Origin: Macrostomum hystrix | Lineage: Eukaryota > Animalia > Platyhelminthes | Assembly (NCBI GenBank): GCA_950097015.1 | Contig: CATNEN010000029.1 | Location: 5,394,001 to 5,458,000 of the forward strand | DNA: 64,000 nt | Reading direction: 5' to 3' | Shown: piece by piece, positions 25,818 to 38,207 of the stretch | Numbering within the stretch: the first letter of the stretch is position 1 | Layout of the letters: each line of letters opens with the position of its first letter | Program-made: the position numbers and the translations under genes | The notes under the pieces: model-generated | What the model saw: only the letters and a program-made list of their open reading frames with translations | What the model was told of the DNA's origin: nothing | Databases searched by the model: none

Positions 25818-26693
25818 CCTCAGCTTTGGCTGTGTTGCCCCTAGCGACTGGAGATTCTCGCAAAATTGATTATCTTCAATGAATGGCATTTTCTAGTTAC
25901 AAAAAGCGCGTTCAAATGTCTGTCTCTTTTCTCGCTTGCATTTTTATAAATGTGGTGTTATATAATCTGGTATTTGTGTGCAAATGTGCTTTCCTGATTA
26001 TTAAAAAAACTGACTTGCTAACTGCGACTTGCAGCCTGTACATGTACTTAAAGCCCTCATTCTCAGCGAGTAAATGTAAGCCTATATGTAAACATATGTT
26101 TTGATGTAACATTGCTATTGATACTTAACACAGCTTGTTAAGTATACTTATTCCAAACAAAGCCGTTGGTTATATTTAATAATTTTCCGATAAGTACAAT
26201 ATGCAAAGGACATCATTATGTGCTCTCTTTATCAGATTATAGATCTTTGGAAGAAAACTTTTCCGTAACTCATAACTCACTATCCTCCCTTCAAAAAACT
26301 TGTCTGAGCGTATAGAAGCGACTGTTTTTTATGATAGATTTTCCTGTCCTGTCTGATTTAACCGTGAATTAACAAATAAATAAACATATGAAGATGTGTA
26401 TCATAGTGTTTTATTAATGATTGTAACTAACAAGTTCTTTCTGGAGCTGTTTTTCCCAAAGCTAAAATAAGCTTAAGAATGCGCTTTAATATTCAAGCCA
26501 GCTTTTAATTACTCTAAAGAACAGTGATTTAAAGAGTAAATGAGCTGTAGGATTTGCAGAATGGTTTACTATAAATGTACATGTGCAAAAGGACATAAAG
26601 CAAATATTTGTGTAGGCTTACTTGTTAAGATTTTAAGCCACGCTGTGTTATAAATGTGACTTAAGTATAATATCCCTAACAATTTCAGCTCAA

Positions 26694-29478
26694 ATGAATG
26701 CGGCAGAAGGTAGCCTGTTGGGCGATCGAACTGCCAGGTCAGTGTGTGTTTTTTTACTAATGGAGCCGAGTTATATATATATATATGGACATCAGGGATT
26801 TAGGCAACTATCATATAATCATATACAGAATAAGTCGCTCAAAAATAATTATATATTTCAGTAACGACTTTGAACCTTTTCGTCTGTACTTCCATGGATT
26901 TCCTTCCAATTTCAATGAGGTAAATATAATTTAACACAAATTTTGTTAACACGTTGCAGTAAATCTTTAGACTATATGATAAATATTCTATAAATTTCAT
27001 CGCATTTTCTTATTTTAGAACAATGTTAAATATCTGTTTGAACAATTTGGAATCCCAATGGATGTTCGCATCATCAGGCCGCTTAACGGCTTACACTTCG
27101 CCTTTCTCACATTGCCAAGTAAGGCTTCTGCATTGAAAGCAATTGAAGCATTCGACGAGAAACTTTTTGGTGGCAGCAAGCTTAAGTTATGCAAAGCGCG
27201 CCCCCCAACAAAGCGCAATACAGGTGCGCTGGACAATAACGAGCAAAACCAACTGCAGTGGCGTCCGAACCTTGTATCTGTGGATGAATCGTCTCAGCTT
27301 GCTTTTGATCCTAGCATCGAAAATATTGACATGTTCACTAACAGACCTGATTGTGACAACCCAGCGCTAGAAGAAGCACATTCAGAGGAAAATGAGGTGC
27401 TCAGATGCAGTAAAGAGCAAACTGATCTTCCAGTTAAACAGGATTTTAGTTCAAGTAGTTCCTTTGAACGAAAACGTTGCGATCGCCGCGGCAGTTCGCG
27501 TACAATTATTAATCGGTGCTGCTCTGACCTCACTATTGATGTAGGCCTGTCTTCGAAAGATCCAGTTGATGTTCTTGTGACGGATTTCAAATCTGCTGAT
27601 TGTTTCTGGGTTCAGTTTCTTGGAAATGACGAAGCGTGGTTTAATTTGAGAGTAGCCATGTGTGAATGGTATTTTCATCCTGGTTCAGTCGTCTCAACTG
27701 TAAGGCTTAACTACCCGTATCTCGCTTCAATCGATGAGATTACGCGTGTTCTGGTGATTGATCGAGACAGCGAAGAAGATAACTATCGTGTGCTCTGTGT
27801 TGATCTGGGATATGAAAGTGTCGCTAGCGCGGCAAGCTTGCGAACTATTCTTGAGTGCCACACGAAGCAACCTGCGCAAGCTGCATTAGTCTCCTATCGT
27901 GGCGTCACAAGCCAGGACCCTCTGCTTTCAGCTATTAATGAGAAAATAGGCGAGATCATTAATGAGAACTACTATAAGCTAAAGATTCAGAAGTATGCGT
28001 CTACTTCCCGCTATAACTTCTTCGGCATTGATGTTGTAGCGGTTGAAATTGTTGAGCCACGTTTCAACAGCTTGCAGCAACAGCTTACTAATCTTAACGA
28101 ATCAAAAAGGGAAACTAGCGTTAGTGTTGTCACAGATTTCGTTGCAGCCTCCTATGGAGAACGCTCTGAAAACTCTAATCCGGCCATTGAAGTGACAATT
28201 TTAAAAGCTGAATCTGGATCATTGCCACTAGCACAACAGCAAAAAGTTTCATGCGAGCATTCAAAGGTGAAAGTTGAAATAAACTCCGGAACACTTTCCG
28301 CGCATTCCTCCTTACAGTCGGTTTCGAATGCGTCATCCTTAACAAGTGAACAGTCGTACAGACCCCCTCTGGATCCAGTATCTACTACTATTCAAGGGAA
28401 TTCTGGTACCTCTCAAGATGGTTATTTTCTTAACAATTTGGTTATTTTGGTCGAAAAGCCGTCTGGTCGACGTTCAGTTAGTGTCACCTGTATGACTGTT
28501 AGGCTGTCTTCTCGCCTTCCAGTTTCATGTCTAAAAAGAACAAGTCAGGCTAATTCGCCCAATCAAATCGACAGGTTCGGCTGCAATAGCAATCCTGCAG
28601 CTTTAGCACCCACTTGCCGAAGCAAGGCCACTTCTCCTTTTACTTGTGGGAATATTAAACTTATAAACAAGCCAACAACTTTTGACTGCAGCACTGCGTC
28701 CCAAACTGTAACTGTAGATGATTCTGGCGAAACGTTTCTGCGCGATCAAAATACCGATTTCAGTGCTGATTATCATTCAACACCAAACAATCCGGAAGCG
28801 CACAATTCAGTTTCTCGAACGGCTTCTCATACAGCTTCAGCTATCAAAAAGGTTCCCAGCATGTCTCCATCATATAACGGGACCGAATTTAAGCGATCTC
28901 TTCCTGAACAATTTGTTCCACTTGGTTATCCAGTCCGTGTTTCTATTCGAAGCGATCATATCCGCAGCGACTTCTTCGTTGCCATGTTGGTCAATAATCA
29001 GGAATTCAGCAAGATAATGGAAGCTCTTAAAAAATTTAACACGCTGGACAATTCATTGATTCAGTCATTTTTATGCCCAATTCATTCGCCTCGTGTGGGT
29101 GATTATTATCTTTGCGAGCATTGTTCCGTCTCCCAATTTCATCGAGTCCAGCTTTTAAGTAGAGATCCAACGAGCGGCGACTGCCAAGTTCTATTCGTTG
29201 ATTATGGGGACTTACGGCAAGTTAAAGCTAGTCTGTTGTTTGCTATTCCTAATCAACTGGCTAGCGTTCCACCTCAGGCATTCGGTTGCTGTCCACCTAA
29301 ACCGCTATCTGACTCTACAGTGGAGAAAATGTCTGCCGAACTTGTCGCTAATGATTGTTGTCACGTTGTATTTGCCCCAAACTATAAACCCGGAGGTGTG
29401 ATTCGCATTGTGCAGAAGATTGTTCTGCCATCACTTTGGGAGATCACGTCAAGCTCTGGATCAGGCGATGTACCCTAA
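26694..29478 (+). CDS. RRM + two extended Tudor domains (Vreteno/TDRD-like), gene A, ~853 aa
   Basis: Exons 26694-26737, 26862-26919 and 27019-29478 join in frame. RRM RLYFHGFPSNFNENNVKYLFEQFG...HFAFLTL...LKLCKA; Tudor 1 TDFKSADCFWVQ...VLCVDLGY...PAQA; Tudor 2 GDYYLC...FHRVQ...VLFVDYGD...PPQA. Confidence 0.85.
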
Positions 29479-30274
29479 AGTATTGCTAGTACCGGTTAAT
29501 GAAAATTTCGATAATTGGTTGTATAACATGTTTTCTATATGGTTTCATTCTGTGAACTTTGAGCTCTCGTAAATGGTAGTAACTAATGCTTGTTTTTATG
29601 TTTCGTACATCATTTGTGTTCACCTTTTGATGATGTACAGTAGTTGCTCTTACTTCCGGTTTAGTAAAATTTGCCTTCAAAGTAGCATCACAAAAACAAA
29701 GCCACACAGGGAAGTGTTCGATTTTTTTATTTCTGTCTGTTGACATTCGTATTGTATTTTATGTTCGTCTTTAACTTTTAGCGTACATCTAGCTTTTTAT
29801 GTGAACTGAAAGGGACATGGCTACTTTATTTCAAAGGAGTATGGAAGCTTAATTCTCAGTAATGCAAGAAAACAAAAAAATGAAAATTTAATGAGCTGAC
29901 GATTGATTGTCAGTGAGCACTACTTGTCCCTATCTGATTCTTATTAAACCCTCTCGGGTAGTCATCAAAATTCCGCTTTACTGCTTTCAGGTCCTTTGCT
30001 TTGCATTGTTCTAACCGTTATTTATTTTGACTTTGAGTAAGGCTAAATGTTTATAATTTAGCTCAAATGAAATGTTCAAGATTATTGTTTTTAATTGCTT
30101 TCTTAAACGGGTTTGAAAAAAACTATATAAATACCCCCATTTTTAATTTCTTCCCTTTAAGGTTTCGCACAAATGTTGTGGCTATTCTTTTTAATTTCGT
30201 TGGCGTTTTTCTGTGTTTAAAAATCCAAGTTTTTTTCAACTTAATCTTGAGAGTCGTTGAGTTAGCCGCCTACT

Positions 30275-31095
30275 AAGGCACTGAAGGGTCAGTGGTAGCC
30301 GCCCACTGAGGCACTGAAGAGTCAGTGGCAGCCGCCCACTGAGGCACTGAAGAGTCAGTGGCAGCCGCCCACTGAGGCACTGAAGGGTCAGTAGTAGCCC
30401 CCCACTGAGGCACTGAAGGGTCAGTGGCAGCCGCCCACTGAGGCACTGAAGGGTCAGTGGCAGCCGCCCACTGAGGCACTGAAGGGTCAGTTGCAGCCGC
30501 CCACCGAGGCACTGAAGGGTCAGTAGTAGCCCCCCACTGAGGCACTGAAGGGTCAGTAGTAGCCCCCCACTGAGGCACTGAAGGGTCAGTGACAGCCGCC
30601 CACTGAGGCACTGAAGGGTCAGTGGCAGCCGCCCACCGAGGCACTGAAGGGTCAGTGGCAGCCGCCCACCGAGGCACTGAAGGGTCAGTGGCAGCCGCCC
30701 ACTGAGGCACTGAAGGGTCAGTAGTAGCCCCCCACTGAGGCACTGAAGGGTCAGTGACAGCCGCCCACTGAGGCACTGAAGGGTCAGTGGCAGCCGCCCA
30801 CCGAGGCACTGAAGGGTCAGTGGCAGCCGCCCACCGAGGCACTGAAGGGTCAGTAGTAGCCCCCCACTGAGGCACTGAAGGGTCAGTGACAGCCGCCCAC
30901 TGAGGCACTGAAGGGTCAGTGGCAGCCGCCCACTGAGGCACTGAAGGGTCAGTTGCAGCCGCCCACTGAGGCACTGAAGGGTCAGTGGCAGCCGCCCACT
31001 GAGGCACTGAAGGGTCAGTGGCAGCCGCCCACTGAGGCACTGAAGGGTCAGTTGCAGCCGCCCACTGAGGCACTGAAGGGTCAGTGGTAGCCACC
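30275..31095. repeat. 33-bp GC-rich minisatellite (actgaggcactgaagggtcagtggcagccgccc) between the two Tudor genes
   Basis: About 25 tandem units; each contains a CACTGA-aggg-TCAGTG hairpin. Confidence 0.95.
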
Positions 31096-32282
31096 TACTC
31101 AAGCACGTTGCGGCTCCTTGAGACTTCTCGTTGTGGTGGTGGAACAATTGTATTTTTAACTAATAAAAATATCTAAAGTATAAGTAGTTTTAAGTATTTG
31201 ATATTCTGTCTTTTGCCGCCTATTTTTTAAGTCCTTTTTTATTCGTCTTCATTTTAAACTTTCCTGTATTTATTTGTCTTTTCTTGCTCCCTAGAAAAAA
31301 CATACATTAAAATAGCTACTTTCATTTTATTCAGTTTCATATTACTTTGGGCTTGTTGATTAAGTAAATGTCCTAGAAATTATATGAAAGAATTCAGTCT
31401 TTAAATAATAGGATCGCACATGACAATCAAATCTAGTATGCACAGTATATTTGCGTAATGTAAATAATCAATTAAAGTTTCCCATCTGGGTTATTAGCTG
31501 GCTGGTCCCAGCCATGTGCTTCATTTTGATCTCAGTCCTATAATTCGCTGGGCTCCAACTAGCCCCGAGCTCTGTGCTTTCAAAGCAGTAAGGTTTTAAA
31601 TTAAAATAAATAAATAATCCATTGTAAATAAGATAATGTTTTGCAAATTTAAATAATACTTCTTGGAAAGATCGGAGTTCATTTTTTTACAAAGTAAATC
31701 CGGCCAATTAAATTAAGTCAAAGCTTCGAACTGTTTTTTAGTTTCAGTTACAACTGATTTCCGTATGTCTATTGCCAAGTTGCTACTATGAAATAGTTCT
31801 GGCTTCATTTTGTCCAGTACCACTGTGGTCTTAAGGCCCGACATAGGCGCTCTGGCGCTGTGTAGTCTGCTTGTCTCTTTAATGACCCGCTAAATCCAGG
31901 GTGAGACAGACTTTTGGGTGAAGCTAAATATCGATCGCTTTCCTATCCTCCCCCTCCTGCCCAGCTAGCCAATGCGTGTGGGATGCTATTACCCGACCCC
32001 AACCCCCAGGGCCCCCACCTCCAGGCCACAACCTCAAACCCCTTCTCTCCTATATTGCCTTCTTGTTATCACTTGCGGAAGTTGTTGCACATTGGATAGT
32101 CTAAAAAATGTCTAGACACTGAGTGAGCTAACTATCTGTATTATTTAATCCTTTCTACACTTTCTTTTGCCTTTCAGAAATCTACCATTGAAAGCTTTTC
32201 CGAAGCCGGAACCAAATATAACCCGATAGTATAAGATTAATATAAAACAGATAAGTGAATTACCAAGGTCTATAGCAATACA

Positions 32283-35200
32283 ATGTCCGATCCGTCGCCA
32301 AATCTGTTCATCGCATTTCGCAGCGCCGACACTATATCAGAGGAAGATGTTCGTGGTTTCCTAGAGCAGTTCGGGCCAATCGAATCGCTCAGCGTTCCAA
32401 GGCGCAAAGAGGGCGAAAGTCGACTTTGGTAGGTGGAAAATTTGTGTACTTTTATAAATCTGCTATCAGGATTTTTGTACTTAATGTACAATTAAAAGAA
32501 CAAAATTTTATACTAAAACATTCTATTGCAGTTTCGTCACCTTCATGTCGGAGGCTAAGGCTACTGAGGTTATGAACACTATTATTGATGCCGGCATGTC
32601 AATAAAAGGTGAAAGACCTATGGTGCGCTACAATAATAACCCGAAAGATAATCGTCGCAAGACCACCGGACCTGTCATTGGCGGCGGCGGTGGAAATTCG
32701 GGCTTCGCTAATGGAAGCGGCAGCAACGGCATCGGTTTTGGCCAGCGTCGCGAGGAAAGCAAATTCGGTTCGCAGAGCTCGCTAAATCGTTCCGCTGTTG
32801 CTGCAGCAGCCGGCGGCGGCGGCGGCGATGCTCACCGGCCGTCTAGTCGAAGCTCCGGTTCTAGTCAGTTCTATGCCAACAAAGACCTGGATCTGTCACG
32901 TCTAGTTATTAAGTGGGTAGATGTACAGCGATTTGCATCATAACATACGTTGTAGCTTGTAATGCTGCTGTTCGCTAATTAAAAGGGCGATAGATATTTA
33001 CTATTTTCTTAGAATTAACCATGTCAGGAATCCACAGTTTATCAGGAATCCCAAAAGTAGTTTAGAACTTTATTTGGGTAGATTTAACACCTCCGGCTTG
33101 TTGTGGAGTATGCCTTCATAATTTCATTCGCCGAGATCAGTATGGGTACAATAAGTGGTTTAAAAATTATAATGGTAGAAGCAGTGTTGCATTTCACTCT
33201 TTGTTATTGGTTTGCTTAACTTTTAGTATCCTGGATAGCTATGTACTCGTATGTATTGTCCTAACTGTAGATTCTTAATCATTTTCACTTCGGGTCATCC
33301 AAGTATTATATTTCTAAATACCAAATTCAATTTCCTTTAAGGGTAGGACTCTTTTGATTAACCGGCTGACGTTTTTTCATCTGTTGTATTTCTCACTTCA
33401 CTCTCAGGGTGGACACGGCAAGCGGAGTTCGCCACATCGAATGTCAGCCAGACTGTTTCAATCTAATGAAGCAGTTTATGACGCCCGATGAGCTGGACTC
33501 TGGCATCCGTGCCTACGCCATAGGCGGCGCCAACAGGCAGCAACAGCAACCGTCGCCTCTGATGCCAGTGCCGATTCATGCTGAACCAACTGCGCCAATT
33601 CGAGCTAATGGACATCCCTCTTATAATGGTGGCGGCGCTCTTTCTTCGAGTCCCCAGCAGCAGCAGCAGCAACAGCAGCAGCAGGCTCCAGCTCCACCGC
33701 CAACTGCTCAGGCCGCTGTCGCTGTTTCGGCCTCTCCATTGGCTTTAGTTTCCACCGAGTCGGCTGGAGCTGCCGCACCCGCTATAATCACAGCAGCTGC
33801 GCCGGTTGCTACTCCGCTAACTATGCAACGCTTTGAGCCAAGGCGTCTGGCTCCGGGCACTCGATTCCAGGCCAAGCTGATCGAATTCGATTCTGTTAGC
33901 CAGTTCACAGTCGTGGACAGTTCCATGACAGATAAGTACTTTCAGCAGATTGAGAACCTGCTCAATAGGCTCTACAATTCTGCAGGTCAGCAGCCAGCCG
34001 GCCAGCCGGTCTCAAATCCGAAGCCGGGCGACTGCGTCTGCTCTGTTTGGTCTAACGACAACAAATACTACAGGACTGTGGTGCGCGAGGCCATTGGCGG
34101 CCGGTTGACCGTGTTCTTCTTCGATGAGGCCTCCATGGATGGCGTTGACGCCTCTAAGGTATGTAATGGATTATCTGTCTTCGAGCCGCTTTCAATCAGG
34201 ATTCTAGTCGAGGCAGCTATTTATAGTGAAGAAAGCGTCATGTTTTTTAACCGTTCTCTTCAAATCGAGACAATATTTCGCTCTAACATTCGCAGGTGCG
34301 GACCCTATCACCAGAGCTGATGGAATTGCCCAACTTGGCTTTGCTCTGCCGTCTAGATGGCGTCCCGGACTCTGAATTTGGCCGCCTGCGCGCCCGCTTG
34401 TCCGAGGCTCAATTCGCTGTCGAACTAGAAATTGTCCATTGCAACGGCTTTGAGTGCTCAGTCAGGCTTTACTTAAATGGCCAGTGCCTTAACCAGGCTG
34501 CCAGCATTGTACCTGCCACTGCTGTCCCTGCCGCCGCGGCTCCTGTTGCCGCAGCTACTGACGCCGTATCTTCTGCTTCAACGTCTTCGCTGCCAAGACG
34601 CAGCATCGAGTTCAACGCTGAGTACGCAGTGATAGCGTCAGAGGCCGCCTCGCCTAACGAGCTGGGCCTGATGCTGTCTCACTGTCAGGCCGACTATCAG
34701 ACTGTCGCCGCCATATTGGCCAGCATCAATGCCAACAATGGCAGCGAGCTGGCGCCGCTAGCCGCCATACCGCCAGTTGGCTCCGTCTGCCTGGCTAAAT
34801 GGGCAGTCGATAATAACTTCTATAGGGCTCGCGTCATTCAGGTTGATGACAGTCGGTGCCGCTTATTCTTTGTTGACGATGGCAACACGGACACAGCCGG
34901 TTTGGACCAGCTGAGGCAGCTGCCCGACTCTTTGAAGATTGCTCCACCGGTGGCTGTGCGCTGCCTAGCGGCCAACGCTGCGAATGTACGCCTGGCGCAG
35001 CCAATCGATTCCGGCAGCGAAATGCTGGCCAAATTTGCCGACGCCCCAGTTCCCGGTGTGGACGGCAACTTCGACGCCGTTCTGGCCAGCCTTCGCTTTG
35101 CCGCCAATGCAAGGGATGCCTTCGCGCCGTCTGGCGCCGATGCTATCGTGGCGCCAGCAGCTCCCTCTGCTGATAAATCCGACGATGCCTGCGAGGTGCG

Positions 35201-35747
35201 CATCGTGTTAATGAACTCGCCTCTAGATTTCTTTGTTCAACGCACCGACCGGGACACTGAGTTTGACCGATTCGGCGCTGAACTAGACGCCCACTGCAAG
35301 CAGGGCGCAGCCACTTGCGTGCCAGCCGAGCTGCAGGTCGGCAGCCTGATCGCCGCGCCTTACATGGGCCAGTATTTTCGTGCGAAAATCTGCGAATTAT
35401 CCGCCTCTAGCTCGTGCGCTTTGGTCTTCTTTATCGACTACGGCAATTCGGATTCTGTTGATTACGCTGATCTGCGCAAACTCGACGATGCTTACGCTAA
35501 TAAGCCTGCGTGGGCCAAGCGTTGTCGGCTGCACCGAATCGCGCCCGTGTCCAACAACGGACAGTGGCCGGATACCATCCAGATTGAGGTGCTTAACAAA
35601 CTGGGCCGGGATGCCGCGGTGCTCCGCCTGGTTCGCGGCGGCGGCGGTGGGGGCGACTTTATCGACTGCGACCTAGCCACAGAGAACTGCCCGTCGCTGT
35701 GCCAGGCCTTGGCCAGTGCCGGGCTGGCTTCGATTGTCATCGACTAA
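32283..35747 (+). CDS. RRM + three extended Tudor domains (TDRD-like), gene B, ~909 aa
   Basis: Exons 32283-32428, 32532-32912, 33408-34158 and 34296-35747 join in frame. RRM NLFIAF...EEDVRGFLEQFGPIESL...LCFVTF; Gly-rich and poly-Q linkers; Tudors KPGDCVCSVWSNDNKYYRTVV, VGSVCLAKWAVDNNFYRARV...FVDDGN, VGSLIAAPYMGQYFRAKI...FIDYGN. Confidence 0.9.
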
Positions 35748-36819
35748 AGGTGCTGATGTGCTTCATAGCCTCTGTTGAAATTGAACTGCGCAATTGTGCT
35801 GTAGGTGTTGTGAAAGCATAGACTGACCAAATAGCGTTTTTTACTCAATTCTCTTAGCCCATCGTTTTAATTTATTATGTTTTATACTAAAAAGAGGTCG
35901 TGTGATTAATTTCCCATATTTAGCCATATTTTCTTCTGTATTCGTTTTTGTCATGCTTTGTCTAAGCAATGAGCTAGAAACATTTTTGTTGTAATATGCT
36001 AGATGTATTGTTTGTCGGACAGGAAAAGAAAAAAATTGTAAGGCTTTAGACAGTAGATGGATACAAAAAATATGTTTTCATATTTCGAATACTGTTAAAC
36101 TGTGGGATAATTTGGCTGCATCTACTAAATATCGAGTAAATTGGTGTCATAGCCGGTCTTGAGTGTCGAGTGTCACTGCATTTTGCGCTATCCCCTGTGC
36201 GTTTTTATTATTACTCTTGGCCATCTGAAATTTTCATTAAACATTGTTATTCTTCCGGCAGTTTATTAGAGGTTAGAATTCTTTTAACACTGCTGCTATT
36301 TTTAAAAAAACACATTTGTCTTTTTTCACTTTTTTGTATACTGCTAGTATTTGTATGTACTCGTAGTTCGTCTATATTTAGTCTGTTACATCGTAATTTT
36401 AGGATATTCTAGGTGACGTCAAGTTTTTCGAAGCTTTGTTTGTCTTTAACAAGTCCCTTGCGGCCACGCTAACATGTTTCCTTTCTGTTAGCTAGCCTGC
36501 CAGAAGCAACTGCACTCATCGGTCTGCATTAACTACTGGCATAGGCCAATTAATGGCTGCATTTAATTGCGTTGATAATTCATCTATTCTTTAGTAATCG
36601 AGCAGTAAAAATCTCATAGCCACTTAAATTTGGAAGAAACCTCATCGTGTTTTTTCTAATCTTTGCCATAAACGCGTCATCGACCTTACTGAATACTGTC
36701 TCTGATTATAATAAAAAGGTGGTCAGTTATGCGATCTCTCGTCTTTTTGATGACACAATGCCATCTTTATTGTTTAGTTTTTTTGTTTGATTGCAAAGTA
36801 TGATTGCTTCCTGCTCTTA

Positions 36820-37755
36820 ATCTCCCACACTTCCTGTCTCTCAGCTCAGATACTTGCTGTCTGTAATCTCCCATACTTCCTGTCTCTCAGCTCAGATACT
36901 TGCTGTCTGTAATCTCCCATACTTCCTGTCTCTCAGCTCAGATACTTGCTGTCTGTAATCTCCCACACTTCCTGTCTCTCAGCTCAGATACTTGCTGTCT
37001 GTAATCTCCCACACTTCCTGTCTCTCAGCTCAGATACTTGCTGTCTGTAATCTCCCACACTTCCTGTCTCTCAGCTCAGATACTTGCTGTCTGTAATCTC
37101 CCATACTTCCTGTCTCTCAGCTCAGATACTTGCTGTCTGTAATCTCCCATACTTCCTGTCTCTCAGCTCCGATACTTGCTGTCTGTAATCTCCCACACTT
37201 CCTGTCTCTCAGCTCCGATACTTCCTGTCTCTAAACTCCCACACTTCCTGTCTCGAAAGTCCCACACTTCCTGTCTCAATTCCCACACTTCCAGTCTCGA
37301 ACTCCCACACTTCCTGTCTCTAAACTCCCACACTTCCTGTCTCAATTCCCACACTTCCTGTCTCGAACTCCCACACTTCCTTTCTCTAAACTCCCACACT
37401 TCCTGTCTCTTAATTTCCACACTTCCTGTCTCTAATCTCCCACACTTCCTGTCTCTAAGCTCCCACACTTCCTGTCTCGAATTCCCATACTTCCTGTATC
37501 TTAATTCCCACACTTCCGGTCTCGAAAGTCCCACACTTCCTGTCTCTAAACTCCCACACTTCCTGTCTCTAAACTCCCACACTTCCTGTCTCTAAGCTCC
37601 CACACTTCCTGTCTCTTAATTCCCATACTTCCTGTCTCGCAACTCCCCCACTTCCTGTCTCAATTCCCACACTTCCTGTCTCTAAACTCACACACTTCGT
37701 GTCTCTAAACTCCCACACTTCCGGTCTGTAATCTCCCACACTTCCTGTATCTTAA
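36820..37755. repeat. 46-bp (2x23) dimeric repeat resolving into a 23-bp monomer (aaactcccacacttcctgtctct)
   Basis: About 8 dimers then ~24 monomers; lies between Tudor gene B and iPLA2. Confidence 0.92.
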
Positions 37756-38207
37756 TTTCCATAATTTTCTTCCCGGCACAGCAATCTCCATAACCCTCTG
37801 TTCCATAATTGCCATACTTTTTTACTCTGTCCCAAATTCCATAACCTGTTCATGACTTCTATACTTTCTGTCCCAAATTCCACATACTTTCCAATCGTCC
37901 CCCCTTCTTCATATACTAGATGACTCACAATTCTGAACTTCTGGCCTCAGAATTCTGGGATTCTTTTTCGCGGGAGTTCTGGTATCTTAAATAAGCTCCA
38001 AATTATATTTCCTGGCTTCTAATCTGCATGATTTTTCTAATAATTTAGTTTTTATACGAGTTAGTAACTTCGCAATTAGAAATCGACAGAAGTTCTCAAT
38101 TTTACATTTTTAAAATGCAAAGAACGAGTACTTAATCCAATACAGCCTAGACTGATCCGCATACTTATTAAACAATTTCAGCGCACAGCCAAGCGTTAGT
38201 TTCAAGC

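Noticed and set aside
30236-31147. 273-303 aa ORFs (ATDPSVPQWAA / LTLQCLSGRLP) and the CRISPR-like palindromic unit
   Set aside because: A 33-bp unit without stops is open in several frames by construction; units are head-to-tail with no unique spacers and no cas genes, in a eukaryotic context.
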